Shown here one piece after another: positions 24,610 through 36,754 of a stretch of DNA of 64,000 nucleotides. Both the position numbers and the translations under genes were made by a program. The DNA lies in assembly GCF_036971445.1 (NCBI RefSeq), contig NC_091473.1, forward strand, positions 207,948,001-208,012,000, given 5' to 3'. Each line of letters begins with the position of its first letter. The stretch's first letter is position 1. The notes under the pieces are model-generated. The model saw only the letters and a program-made list of their open reading frames with translations. It made no database searches and was not told the DNA's origin. The DNA comes from Narcine bancroftii (lineage: Eukaryota).

Positions 24610-27600
24610 GAAAGATTTTAAACGTACCTGAAGAACAACTTTCTTGCTGTGCATTTGGAACGTGTTGCCAGTGGAAGTGGTAGAGGTGCGTACCATTGTA
24701 AAATTTAAAATATCCATATATGTTGGCATATAAGATGGTAATTGAATCTTAAAAATGTCACGCCAAAACCAGGGGTCATCTTGTGCACCAAGAATAATAT
24801 CTGAACCTTAAAACTCCTACCGTCCTACCAGTAAATAATTTTTTCCTGAACCTTGTGTTTGAGAAGCTGGATTAATAGTAAAGATATATTTAAACAATAA
24901 AAATATAATAAACCTGCCAAACAAACCTTACAACAGCACAGAAAAATGAAGTGAACAGCATTAACCAGTGGCTGTTAGCAACAACTGACGATCCATTCGC
25001 CCAGTCTGACTACCATTGACTTAAAACATCCTGTTAAAGGAGACAATGGTGGTTTCTTTTAAAATATGTTAATAAAATTTAAACCTTTGCTGGGTAATAT
25101 GCTTTTAAAATATTGTTTCAGCATTACTCCTCTGGTCAGTGGTATGTTTGGTCAAGGACTATTGGGCAATAAGCCCTCAGTGGAAAGTGCCAGACTTGAA
25201 GTTGTCTTGTATGCTACCTCGACACCAACATTTTAGGTGGAAATACTGGGGGTTATCTGATACATGACTCGTCTTATATGCTGACATATATGGTTCTCAG
25301 AAAGTGTGTGGACAAGAAATTCTTTGATGGATATGGCTGAATATAGGAACATTGGAATAAATGGGGCAGACAATTGGGTCGGCAGGGCTAAATTGGGCAT
25401 TGAAGTCTGTTTCAGTGCTTTAAAGCTCCATGACTCTGTCTTGCTTGTGAAATTCTAGGGTGAACGATTTGATTTGCATATTTTGGAATAGAAAGGTATG
25501 TTTGGTACATCAATTCAATGTCATCCTTCGAATCATTTGGAACAGTCACGTTGCCCCTCTTAATTCATCTAAATTCCCTCTCAGTTGCCCATCATCCTTC
25601 ACTGATTCTTCTTGGTTCAAGATATAATGTACAGAATCAAATTAGCTGGCAGCAGGTCTCTGGTTTATGTGGGAGGAAATCGGGGCAACTGGTTAACCCT
25701 CACACAGTCACATGCAGATTCCACCCAATTCGCACTCAGGGTCATATCTGAATCCAGATGACTGCATCAGCCACTGCAACTCAATCCTGGGACGGTCCCT
25801 TCTTTGAGAATCTCCATCCTGGAAAATTCCAATCCTATGACACATCGTCTTGGGAATAATCTCACCCCCGTGAGACTCCATCCTGAGAATAATCCTCCCC
25901 TGTCCAACGCCATCTCAGTACACTCGCATGCTGTGAAATTCCATGCTAGAAATATTTGATTTTGCAGAGGACTGGATGACTCGACCTGTCAAGTCGGTGG
26001 TGATTCACAGATCATTCCTTTCTGTTGCTTTCTCCCTTCTATTTCCCGTTCACTGTTCTCTCTCCCACTCTCCAACAACCCCTCACTGCTCTGGCATTTA
26101 TCTGAATTGGCATCAATTTTCTATCACCAATGAGCCCACCAGCATATCTTGGAGATCAATTCTGCACAGTTGGGGAATAAAGGGTCCTGGGGTAAGTTGG
26201 AAAGTGAAGTCCATGGCCTGATCAGCCATGATATATGTAAATGGCAGAGCATTCTCGACGGGCTGGATGGCCTGATCCTGCTCCAGTTCTCATGTGTGAA
26301 GATCCTTCAGCATCCAGGAAAACAATAACATCACGTGGAGAATGTGTGGAGAAAAATTCAAAGTCTCTTGGTCACTGAAACTGTGCCACAGCAGCACTAA
26401 CTGCTGCAGTGCTCTGCGCCTACTCTGTGAATTCTATCTGCCCTTTGAACCTCCAACTGGGAATATCCCCATCATGTGAAACACCCTGGTGACAATATCC
26501 CTGCTTTGTGAAATTCCACCTGCATGGAAAAACACCAATTCCTCCAATTTACTGCCTCCCTCCTCCCTCCCTCCCCACTGTGGACTGGGCAGAAGTTGAT
26601 TTTCACAACTTGGCTCCACTTTGTACAAACAGAGTGTCTGATTCATTGGCTGAGAGGAGCTGAAACACAAAAACAGGAAACAGAATTTGAGGCCATATTT
26701 GTGAGCAAGGATGTCTTTAAAATACACCGGAAGATTAGCCGTTCTTATTCACAGTGGGAGAGGAGATGGCAGGTCAATGTTCAGAGCTGATACTTGTGGA
26801 GAGGAGCAGAGGCCAGTAGCCTGGTAAGGTCCTTCTTTGTTCCACTTCCTGGGTTTGTCGATGGCTAAATTATGAGGGTGGGAGGGAGTCTGGTTGCTCA
26901 GTGACAGGTGTTGTTTGTTGGCTGCTGACACCACGCTGCTGTGAAAGATGGAAGGAAGTTGACAAAGTGTCATAGGTGCACAAGGTGGGGAGGGGTGGGG
27001 AGTGAGAGGGAGGACATTGGGGAGAAATCTATTATTAACCAGGAAAAAAACGGAGGAAACGTACAAAAAGGAGTGATTTGAAGTGGAAGGCAGAGGGGAG
27101 CTGAGTGCATGGATCAGGAGAGAGAAAGAGGGAGCACGAGGAAGTGGAGGGAATGAAGGCGTAGAATGGCAGATACACCAACATGATTTTTAATTTACTG
27201 GATGTCATAAAGAAACTGCATGATTTGGGCACAAGTTCCAGTCAAACAGCAGCTGGGAGGTCAAAGTTCATTCCATTAAATGTGTGGAATGAAGGGCCTG
27301 TGTCAGTGGTTTTGACATTTTAAAAGAAATTGGATTTTAAATCTGACACTGACAGGCTTCAGTGACGATTATCTGCTGACTTTACCTGGCCTGATCTGTA
27401 CATGACTCCAGACACCGCAGTGCAGTAGCTGATCGTTTGCTGTGAACTGGCACAGTGAGCCACCCAGTTCAAGAGCCATTAGGGATGGAAACAAATACTG
27501 GACCTCTCCACATCTTATGAATGAAGAAATAAATGTCACGCATTTTTATACTGTGATATGACTGATCCACCTCGATGTTTTCTTCTATGTTGGGGCGGAA

Positions 27601-28055
27601 TGGTCGGCGGAGTGATTTGCTCAACTCTATTGTGGCACCAGTGGCCTGGTTTGACTCCGGCACTGTCCGTCAGGAGTTTGTATGTTCACCCCACATCTTT
27701 GTGGGGTTCCTCCGGGTCCTCTGGTTTACTCGCACCCTTCAAAACATGTGGATGTTTAGCAATAACATAAGGGGTACCGGAAGTGCCTGTTTCCGTGCTG
27801 TCCTTATGTTTAAATTTAATAGATCTATCCCATTGGATTGGGATTGATTCCTGATCTAAATTGCAATGTAATTAATTCATTGTTATGTAATTTAATGACT
27901 GTTTCATTGTTTCCATGGAAACAGGATGGACAAATTGTTTTCATCTGTATAACTGGCTGTGGATGGTTTACCCATGGGGCAGGTCATCTCCACCAAGTCC
28001 TGTTCCGTCAGATTCACCCTTTGTTTGTTCCTGTGATTTATTCCCCCAGGATCTG
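24610..28055. repeat. Non-coding block paralogous to 2790-3045, 5280-6207 and 16100-16710
   Basis: Collinear alignment of several hundred-bp segments; includes the empty site of the L1 near 27500-27530. Confidence 0.85.
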
Positions 28056-29385
28056 AGTTCAGGCCATAATCCACACCCACCTGCTCTGCACTTTGGGTTT
28101 TGGGGACTGGGATTCTCTCCCAATAGGTTATTTTTGGTGCAGTCTCTCAAATCTTATCCAGGTATAAATTATGAACCATGGGCATTTGTCTGGGGTCACA
28201 TTGTGAATTTGATCCTCTTCATTTTCTAAAATAACTGATATTCTTGTATGAATTGTTTCTCATACATGGGAATCAGACCATTCTCCAAGATAAAACATAT
28301 GTCCCTCATGACGTTGGATGAGGAGATTAATTATATTCACATCATTAAAATCATGTTGCCTTGCCCTGTGCTAACTGATCTCTATCTGTAACGTTGCTCT
28401 TATACTGTGTTTTACTTGCTGTACAATCTACGAAATGACCAGCTGGACTGTTTGCAAAAAAAGCTTTCTCAGTGCACTTCAGGGCATGTGCCAATAAAGT
28501 AACTTGTGTCTTCATAATTAACTGTGCCATCTGGCCCTAGGCCGGGGTCTGCTGTTTCCTGTTATCTGCAATTTCAGAGGTGACCCCATGACTAGGTGTA
28601 TTCTTCCCGTATCTCATCCTGGTGCATTCATTTCCAAAATGCCTGCCCCTTGGACTTAGTTCACTTGCATCAGATGCTGGTGTTTATTACCCACATATGT
28701 GTGATGTCCTGCTCTATTCTTGGTTGCTATTAATCCTGACGCTGTCCATGCATTGTCGTGCTCTCCTCAGCGTCCTTCTTGGGATGCAATGCCCCGATGT
28801 TTCCACTGTGGGAAATCCCTTATGAATGTGAGCAGTGAGAATGTGACGACATTCAAACATTACAAGCTGCAAATCTCTGTGATATTTGTTCTGGGGGGTG
28901 TCCACGTGCTAGCTGGAAATGGTGGTAGGTGAACTAACTCCCAGATGTGGTGAGGGAATTAAGATGGGACAGGTATTTTTTTTTCACTTTAATCATCCAT
29001 TTTTTAATATATCTGATTTTAAATCAAAACATACACTCCAGCAAAAAACTGAAAAATAAGCCACAGGCAATGATTTCAACAACAACTTATTTACAAAAGT
29101 CGACATACCAAGACCCCAAGCACTGACCCACCCTCCACCACGTTGCTTCAAACTCCTCTCCTGTCCCCAGATCACTTTCCTGCTCCACAATATCAATACA
29201 CCCTCTCCCTCTGCCCTCTTCATTGTCACTGGCCCCACTTGCATTCCCAAAAATTAAACCTGCCTGCCTCTCCCCACCCATCCACTGTCACACACCCTGA
29301 CATTTTCCCACTGCTATGACCCCTCCTGTCCCTCCCTCCCTCTCCCAACCCAATTCTTTTCCAGGATCCCCAGTGCATAGAAAGG

Positions 29386-29391
29386 TTTATT
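29386..29391 (-). promoter_or_regulatory. AATAAA poly(A) signal of the membrane form
   Basis: AATAAA on the minus strand just downstream of the TM2 stop. Confidence 0.6.
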
Positions 29392-29516
29392 TCCTGAAAT
29401 GAGCGTTGCAGTGCAGTAGCCTAGGATTGCTGAGGGAATGAGAGGGAGAATCCATTTCAGAACATCAGCAGCTTCACCGGGATTTCCTGACGGAAGGTGG
29501 TGCGTGTATCCGTTGG

Positions 29517-29528
29517 TCATTGCTGTAC
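29517..29528 (-). CDS. IgW: Probable TM2 (cytoplasmic) exon, VQQ*
   Basis: Acceptor cttctctgtccacattccag|GTA CAG CAA TGA, phase 0 matching the TM1 donor; AATAAA about 125 nt later. Confidence 0.65.
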   Translation of the reverse strand, partial: VQQ

Positions 29529-30134
29529 CTGGAATGTGGACAGAGAAGTGAGATATTGTGTTTTGTAAGAGGCAGCACAGACCATGACCTGGAAGGATGG
29601 GTAAAATAAATAAAGGGGACTGTCCTTATTCGAGGAGACGGACCCTCCGAGACGGGTGGTTCCCCCCTTTTCTAGGACCCTCCTGGTTAAGGGGTCTGTC
29701 ACACTTGCAGATAATGGATCCCATGGGAAAATGGTCTATTTTTCTTCTAGGAGATGGTTCCTCACGGACAGGTGGTCTCTCAACATTCTCTGAGGAGGTC
29801 CCTAAAGGAGCAGCAGTCTGAAGCCCAGTTGGGGTCTGAAGTGAGATCTGCCCTCGGGCTCAGGTTTTCGGAGCAGAGATCTTCCTTGTTCACATGAACA
29901 CAACTCTTGTTTGATTTCAATGCTGGAGCCCAGGATCATTGTCCCAAACACTCAGCAACGTTCTGTCACATTTGCTATGTCAAAGCCCAGTAATGTCCCA
30001 GGGTTGTGCAGGCCCCCCGACTGCATCCGCTGTTGATTGTGCTATAGTTGGGATTCGAAAATCCGAGAACACAATGTAGTGAGAAATGGAAGCTGGGCTT
30101 CATGGGTTATCTCTGATATTGGTCATTTGGTTAC

Positions 30135-30277
30135 CTTGACCACAGTGACAAAGGTGCTGTAGAGGAAACTGATAATGAACAGAATGGCGAAGGCAGCAAC
30201 TGTAAGCACGTTGTCATCTCCATCCAACTCTCCTGGTTCTTCCTTTCCTTCCTCTCCTATCAATTCAGTGCAGGCTT
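30135..30277 (-). CDS. IgW: IgW transmembrane exon TM1
   Basis: Acceptor cttgatcactgcag|AA, donor AAG|gtaacc; EACTELIGEEGKEEPGELDGDDNVLTVAAFAILFIISFLYSTFVTVVK, an acidic spacer plus the antigen-receptor TM motif (F..LF..S..YST.VT). Confidence 0.94.
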
Positions 30278-31621
30278 CTGCAGTGATCAAGAAAGCAGGA
30301 AAGTTAGTTTCCCACATATGTTTCATGAAGACCAACAACGTCTCAATAAAATGAAGACAGCAAGAGGACATGAGCCATTTCATGAGGTTGTGGATGATCT
30401 GGAACCAATTGTGTTATCTGACTTTACCATTAAAACCTTGGGTCAGCAAAAATTCCAGAATCTCAGTGTGAAAATAACCTTTGGATCTAGCATCGATTGC
30501 GTCCTTGTAAAACGGTGTGAACATATCTGTAAAACTCTTCCCTCCAAAATGTCTGAGGGACAAATGTGAGACCTGAATTGCATTAAAGTGAGAAAAAAGT
30601 TGCAGGACTGACATTCACTTTTTTTGGAGGATGGAGTTCTCTGTTCAGACAAAGTTCTGAACCTTAGAGCGATGAAAAAACATGAGCAAGTTCAAGGTGG
30701 AACTTTGGCCCAGTCACTGTTCCCACTCATTGCTGAATGAAGCACAATATCTTCTCCAAAAGCAGGGCAGGCATTCTCCACATGAAGAAGCAGCTATTTC
30801 AAAGGATATGGAGTTTGTTCTCTGTTATTTCAACCTACAATTCATTGGCATATTCCAGGGGTCCCTGGAGGTACTTTCTGGAAGCAGGTTTGCATTCACG
30901 ACAAGTGCAGCTTCTGAAGTACCATGGAAGCTTATGGAATTCTGAAGACACAGCCTGTTGAATGACTTGAATTACAAAATTACCTGGGAGGGTAACAGAG
31001 CCAGGACAGTAACTGTGGTTTTGGAAACTGCGCTTACTCGGTCTATAACTGATAACACCGAGTGGCTGTTTGAATCACTTCCCATCCAGCAGCCGATGAC
31101 GAGCCGGCTCCTAGAAAGGCAGGACGCTGCTGAACAAAATTTTGATTTGCCTGTATTGTTGAATGACAGAATCCCAGTGGACACTCATTATGATTACTCC
31201 ATTAACTTTGTTTTTACCATATGGTTTTCAGCGAATTCCGGAACCATAAATGGAACGAGAGAGTGGCGACCTTTTGCTATGCCTGGATAGCATGCAAAAC
31301 AGTTTTTAAACTGCATCTTGGTGCACAGAACAATAAAAAATACACGAAATCAATGAAACAAAAAAAAATAATGTCTTCTAATTATCTCTGTCATTTTCCT
31401 TTAACATCCTGAAAACATTGAATGTGTCTTCCTTCAGCTTTCCAGATTTCAGAGAATACACCATCATTTAACTATCTCACCTTGTAATTTACCCGTGAGG
31501 GTCCAGGTCTGTCCAGCTGGAATTTCCTGTCCTGGTTGTGGTATCCAAACTGCTCAGTACTGTACACGTGTTCTAACCTACAGCATAACTCTCCCCCTTG
31601 CTGTCCTGTCCTCCTGATATA

Positions 31622-33845
31622 AAGAAATTGAGCCTGTTCACTATTCAACAAGATTATGGGTGATCTGGACCTGGAATTAGTTCCAAATACCTGCCTGTTC
31701 CCCATAACCCCCTTGATTCCCCCACAATGCAAAACTCTGTCTTGAATATATCTAATGAGCAGGTCTCTACAACTTCCTTGGGCAGAGAATTCCACCGATT
31801 TTCTGTGCTCTAGGAAAAGCAGATCCTCATTATCAATTACAACCTTGGATGGCATTGAGTTTGATTTTTTCTTTCCTTTTTTTCTCTTTCTTTACTTTTT
31901 ATGCAACTCTTTGTACAAATACATATTGGACTGGGAGTTAAGAGTAAGTATTATTGTCATAATATATGCTTTAACCTCAAATGTGTAATAGTCTCAAGCA
32001 ATGGATTTATTATATATTTGTTTTTTCTGACAAAACAATAAAAATAAATTTAAAAAGACAATATATCTTATGAGTAGATCTTCACAACTTCCTTGGGCAG
32101 GGAATTCCACTCTCGACACTCTCTGAAAAGCAGATCCTCATCATCTCTCTCCTAAATATATTCCCCCAAGTCTTCATGAGATGTTCCTTGTTCTAATTTC
32201 ACCTGCCAGAGCAGGAACTTATCTATCTCTGTTATCTATCTCTTTTAGAATTTTGCACATTTCTATAAGATCCCCTTTCATTTTTCTTAATACCAGTGAA
32301 TACAATCCTCTCTGTAAAAGGGAGTTAATCCTCAGTGGCTGGCACGACGTAACAAACACAGATAGATGTTTCATACCTTTGTTGTGAACATCTTGAATAT
32401 TGTGTGTAACTGTGGTTGGTTAAGTATTAAATGTGGAGGGGGTAAGGTGGCGATGGGGGGGGGAGAGTGTGAAAGGGATCGAGAAAGCTTGAACTCCTCA
32501 GAAATTCTTGTATTGAATTGATAATTGTTAACTGTAATCAATGTTGATATTGTCAACATTAACATCGATAAGATGGATAATTGTTTAAGTCTGGAAAATT
32601 ATAAATAGAATATTAAAGAAAAGAGTTAATCAGCACTTCTATCTTTAAACCATTCTCCCGAATCTTGAGGTTAGGGCCCCCCCCAATCAGTGGAAATAAA
32701 TTTCCTGCCACATCTGATCTATCCCTTTCATAATTTTACCTTTCTGTATGATCCCCTCTGTTAGGTCTGCTTTGTTCATGAATGAGTGAGTCAAACACCA
32801 GACTGAGTCAAAATCAAGGTTCTTTGTTCTTTATTGCCGGATTGTAACACTTGCAACTAACAGTGTTAGTTGGAGAAGGCGCATTCTGCCATTATCAGCA
32901 AGTGGTGTTTTTTATATACCTTAGGATACGTACTTAGTAAATTATCATACCATGACATTGTCCAATGAATAAACTGTTGCTATCCTTCTCTGCTAGTTTC
33001 CTGCACATCAATTTGTCATCCCCACTCTTATCTTGAGAGTACAAGGTTACAACTGCATCTTGTTACGGCCCAGCACTGGGTGACTCCTTCTACATTCCCA
33101 GCTCATGATGTTTTTACCTAACACCTCTCATTCTTCTTAATTCCAGTGACTATATTCCCAGCGACTCAATCTCCCCTTACAGAATGAACCTTTCTTTGCT
33201 GGAATCAACCTGATGAACCACTGCTTCCTATCCAGTATATCCTTCCTTCTCACATATGGAGACTCAAACTCCAGGTGCAGCTTCACCTGAACCCTGTTCA
33301 GCTCCAGCAGATCCTACCTCTCTTCAATTCAATCCCTCCGGAAGTGAAGGCCCACATCCCATTTCCCTTCTTCATTACCTCTTGCATCTGCAAATTAACC
33401 TTTGTGATTCATTCGCAATCATTGCCAACTCCCTCTGGATCAGAACATACGGTAAATATTCACCATTAAAAAAAATAACCTGATCTATTATTTTCTTCCA
33501 CCGTGAATGATCTCAGATTTTACAACTTGACAGACCCTTCTCCACTCATTAGTCTGTCTTTCTCTTCAGACTCTGCATTCTTTCCACAATTTTTCTCCTG
33601 TATATATGGATGACATGGTTAGCATAGCAATCAGCACAATGCCTTTACAGCGCCAGCGATTGTGACCGGAGTTAAAATCCCGGGCTGTCTGTATGGAGTT
33701 TTCATATTCTCCTCATGTCTGCGTGGATTTTTCCTGGGGGATCCAGTTTCTTCCCACTGTTTGAAACCAGAGGTGAGGGTTCATTGGGTGTAAATTGTGT
33801 GCCAAGGGCTTGTGGCCGAAATGGCCTGTTTCTGCAATGTTTTAT
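31622..33845. repeat. Direct repeat A (CR1/SINE mosaic), paired with 38723-42265
   Basis: Long collinear high-identity match, e.g. aattgagcctgttc...ttccaaatacct and ccaggtgcagcttcacctgaaccctgttcag. Confidence 0.9.
32759..33123. mobile_element. Solo LTR
   Basis: Terminal inverted repeats TGTTAGGT/ACCTAACA, 4-bp TSD cctc, empty site in repeat B near 41530. Confidence 0.85.
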
Positions 33846-33999
33846 TCTTACAGCAAGCTGGGGAACTTTTACATCACGAGTGCCCTCACCACATCTAAAA
33901 GTAAAGTTGTTCACCCCTTCTGTCATGTACCTGAGTCTGTTCAGAAGGCTCTAACATGTTACTCTGTTTTTGCTTCCACCACTATCCCTGTTCCAGGCA

Positions 34000-34800
34000 C
34001 CAACCACCGTCTGAGTGAAAGATCTTGCTAAAACTTGCTCTTGTTCGGGTTAAACACGTTCTCTTGTGTGTTACATGTTTAGCTTTGGGAAAAGACAATG
34101 ACAGTCTACATTCTCAATGCCATTCATGATTCTATTTGCATGCAGTTCTCCAAGTGACTCCAACCTGACTTATATAGCAGCCACATGTCTTGCTCACTTT
34201 GGTACTGAATGCCCCACCAGAAGAAGACAAGCAGACCACACCCCTTCTTCAGCACCTTCGGTACTTTTCAAGGAGCTGTGGATCCCAGATCTCTTTGCAC
34301 ATCCATGCTTTGAAGAGTCCTGCCATGAACTGACTTTCCAAAGTTCAAAAACTCACATTTGTCTGGATCAAACTCCATCTGCCATTTCTCTGCCCATATC
34401 TGTAACTGATTTACATCTGTTATATTCTTTGTCCACAACTCCACAGAATCATCTCCAAATGTACTGACCCACACACGTACATTTTGATCCAGGTCATTTA
34501 TGTACACCACAAACAAAAGGATTCCCAAGACCTTTCCCTCTGGAACACCATGGGTGACGGGCTTCCACAACCACCTTCACTTTTCAAGGGGCCAGACACT
34601 TCTGAATCCATACTATCATTCACTGTCGATTTAATGCATCCTATCTTTCTGGATCAGTCTATTGTGAGGGACCTTCTCAAATGCCTCATTGAAATTCATG
34701 AGGTCAAGATCCAGTGCCCCACCCTCATCGACCATCTCTGTTACTTCTTCAAAAAATATCATTCACATAATTAAGACATGATCTACACCACGTAAAGCCA
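34000..34800 (-). mobile_element. Degenerate CR1 RT fragment
   Basis: WKPVTHGVPEGKVLGILLFVVYINDLD...WAEKWQMEF. Confidence 0.75.
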
Positions 34801-35364
34801 AGTTGATCTGACCATGATGCTCAAAATGTGCACATATACACTATCCTCAAGTCTCTTTTGGTGAGGTTCCCACCACAGATTGGATGTTACTGGAGTATAA
34901 TTTCCTGGAATACCCTTATTTCCCTTCTTGGCCACTCTCTACAGAAATAATTAGGGGAAAAAGTGTGGAGCGTATCACCAGTCCAGAAATAACATCTTAT
35001 CTCCAAATGGACCATAACATTGCTTGTGTTTGTCCTTTTGCAAAGAACACAAAACTCTGTGAATTGGATCAGGACTGGTCTCTCAGCTGCAGTCACTTGA
35101 GAACAAATAGTGAATTAGGGCTTCTGCAGAATGTTACATTCACAACGCTGTTCAAATTGTGAACCATGTGATCAGATGCTGTTCTCCATACAAGGAAGAG
35201 TGACATTCTGGAGATACCCTCTCTTTCCTCAATGGAATTAATTGGTGGTGCAATCATGACCTGGATTTCCTGGACTCTAATACTAAAGGACAGCATGCCT
35301 GTGGATGGATGTACATCACGCCAATGCAAACCGACTCCAACTGAGTTTCATTGAAGCGTTGAAA

Positions 35365-35573
35365 CTTCGTGATGGACCTCTTCTCCAGTGTTGACAAAAA
35401 CCTGAACAAATACAAGTACTCAGCCTGACTCCACCCATCTGCAGTGAGTCAGCCAAATAAACCTTTGACCCTGTTCCTCTTCGGCCCAAGTCTTCACGTC
35501 CCAGGTTACCCTGAACTGCTCAAAATCAATGAGGGCCAGCTCACACAAAGTGGCCATCATCCTCTTCCTTCAG
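35365..35573 (-). pseudogene. Decayed CH5' pseudo-exon
   Basis: Minus strand *RKRMMATLCELALIDFEQFRVTW vs CH5 WMNRTATILCEVVHGDLEGFRVTW; shared DNA blocks atggacctcttctcc.gtgttg.caaa, agtactcag and ccaggttaccctgaa; internal deletions, both splice sites lost. Confidence 0.8.
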
Positions 35574-36348
35574 TTGTGCTGACAGACAGACTTGCCCAAA
35601 GTTCCTGAGAAACTAGTGTCCAAACCTTGATCTTGCCACCATTATGTCATCTTTCTTTCATCGGGTGAGACTGTTGCTTATCGGACCAGCATTTATTGTT
35701 CTGCTCCAGTGACTGACTTGCCAGGCCTATCAGAGACACTGATGAATTTGGTGAGTGACTGAAGGCGAAAGAGTGCAAAAGGCAGGTGAACTTTACAAAA
35801 GGTCATCAGTGAACCTGTTAATCTTCTGTTCCTTTCCCAGTTTCACCCTCACTTCGACTGCCCACAGCAACTCATATCCTGCTATTGCTTTCTAGTTTAA
35901 AATCCTGCACTGTCCCTTCAAGTTGTGCGTCGAAGCCATTCTCCAGAGGCTGTTGAGCATAACCAAGCGTTGCCCTCCTCTGTGTTGGGCTATTGAGGTG
36001 TTCGACAAGATGTGGTGGAGGCAGATACAATTGGGTCTTTTAAGAGACTTTTGGAAAGGTACATGGAGCTTAGAAAAAAGGCCTATGGGTAAGGCTGGTC
36101 ATTTCTCAGGTAGGGACATTATTGGCACAATTTAGTGGGCCGAAGGGCCTGTGTTTTAATGTAGGTTTTGTATGTTTTTCTGTGAAATTGTATCAATGAA
36201 TATATTTGCTTCTGTTCTATGCATTCAGGTTATCAGCTCCCTCACATAAGCACAACAATGCCTCATCGATCTTTCAGTGAACTAACTTGGCCCCAGTTTG
36301 TGGCATAGAGAAAGGTGTTTAAGATTAGGGTGAATCCCAGAACCGTAC

Positions 36349-36666
36349 CTTGCATGTTTTTCACCTCCCGGCTGATACTGGTGTTGGAGGGGGGATGAGA
36401 CACTATACAGCTGAAGACTGAGCCTTTCTTCCACTCATCTGTCCTCACTGTCAGGAAGTGGCTGGCACTGAAAGTGCCCACCTGCTCCAAAGCAGTCCGT
36501 GTAGTGGGGGTGTTGGAGGAGATCAGGGAGCTGTCTTTCTCCCAGGTGACATTTATGAGGTCCGGGTAGAATCCAGAGACCACACACTCGAGGGTGGCCG
36601 TGATCCTACTCTTGGTATCGTCATGTGTTGGCGGCAGCAGACGGACCTCAGGCCCTTTGATCTCGA
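36349..36666 (-). CDS. IgW: Duplicated IgW CH4' exon (318 nt)
   Basis: Acceptor tcgtctgttccag|TC, donor CAA G|gtacgg; VEIKGPEVRLLPP...ATLECVVSGFYPDLINVTW...FSCIVSHPPSNTS; 73/106 aa identical to CH4 by hand count; no stops. Confidence 0.9.
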
Positions 36667-36754
36667 CTGGAACAGACGAGCAAAGAAAGGAGACGTCAAC
36701 ATTTTTACTCAAGGTCACAGATGTTGTCCATCTAATCACTGATCTTTTGCCCAC

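Noticed and set aside
25472-25479. Octamer motifs (also 4981, 16349, 34134)
   Set aside because: About the number expected by chance in 64 kb, and most lie inside TEs.
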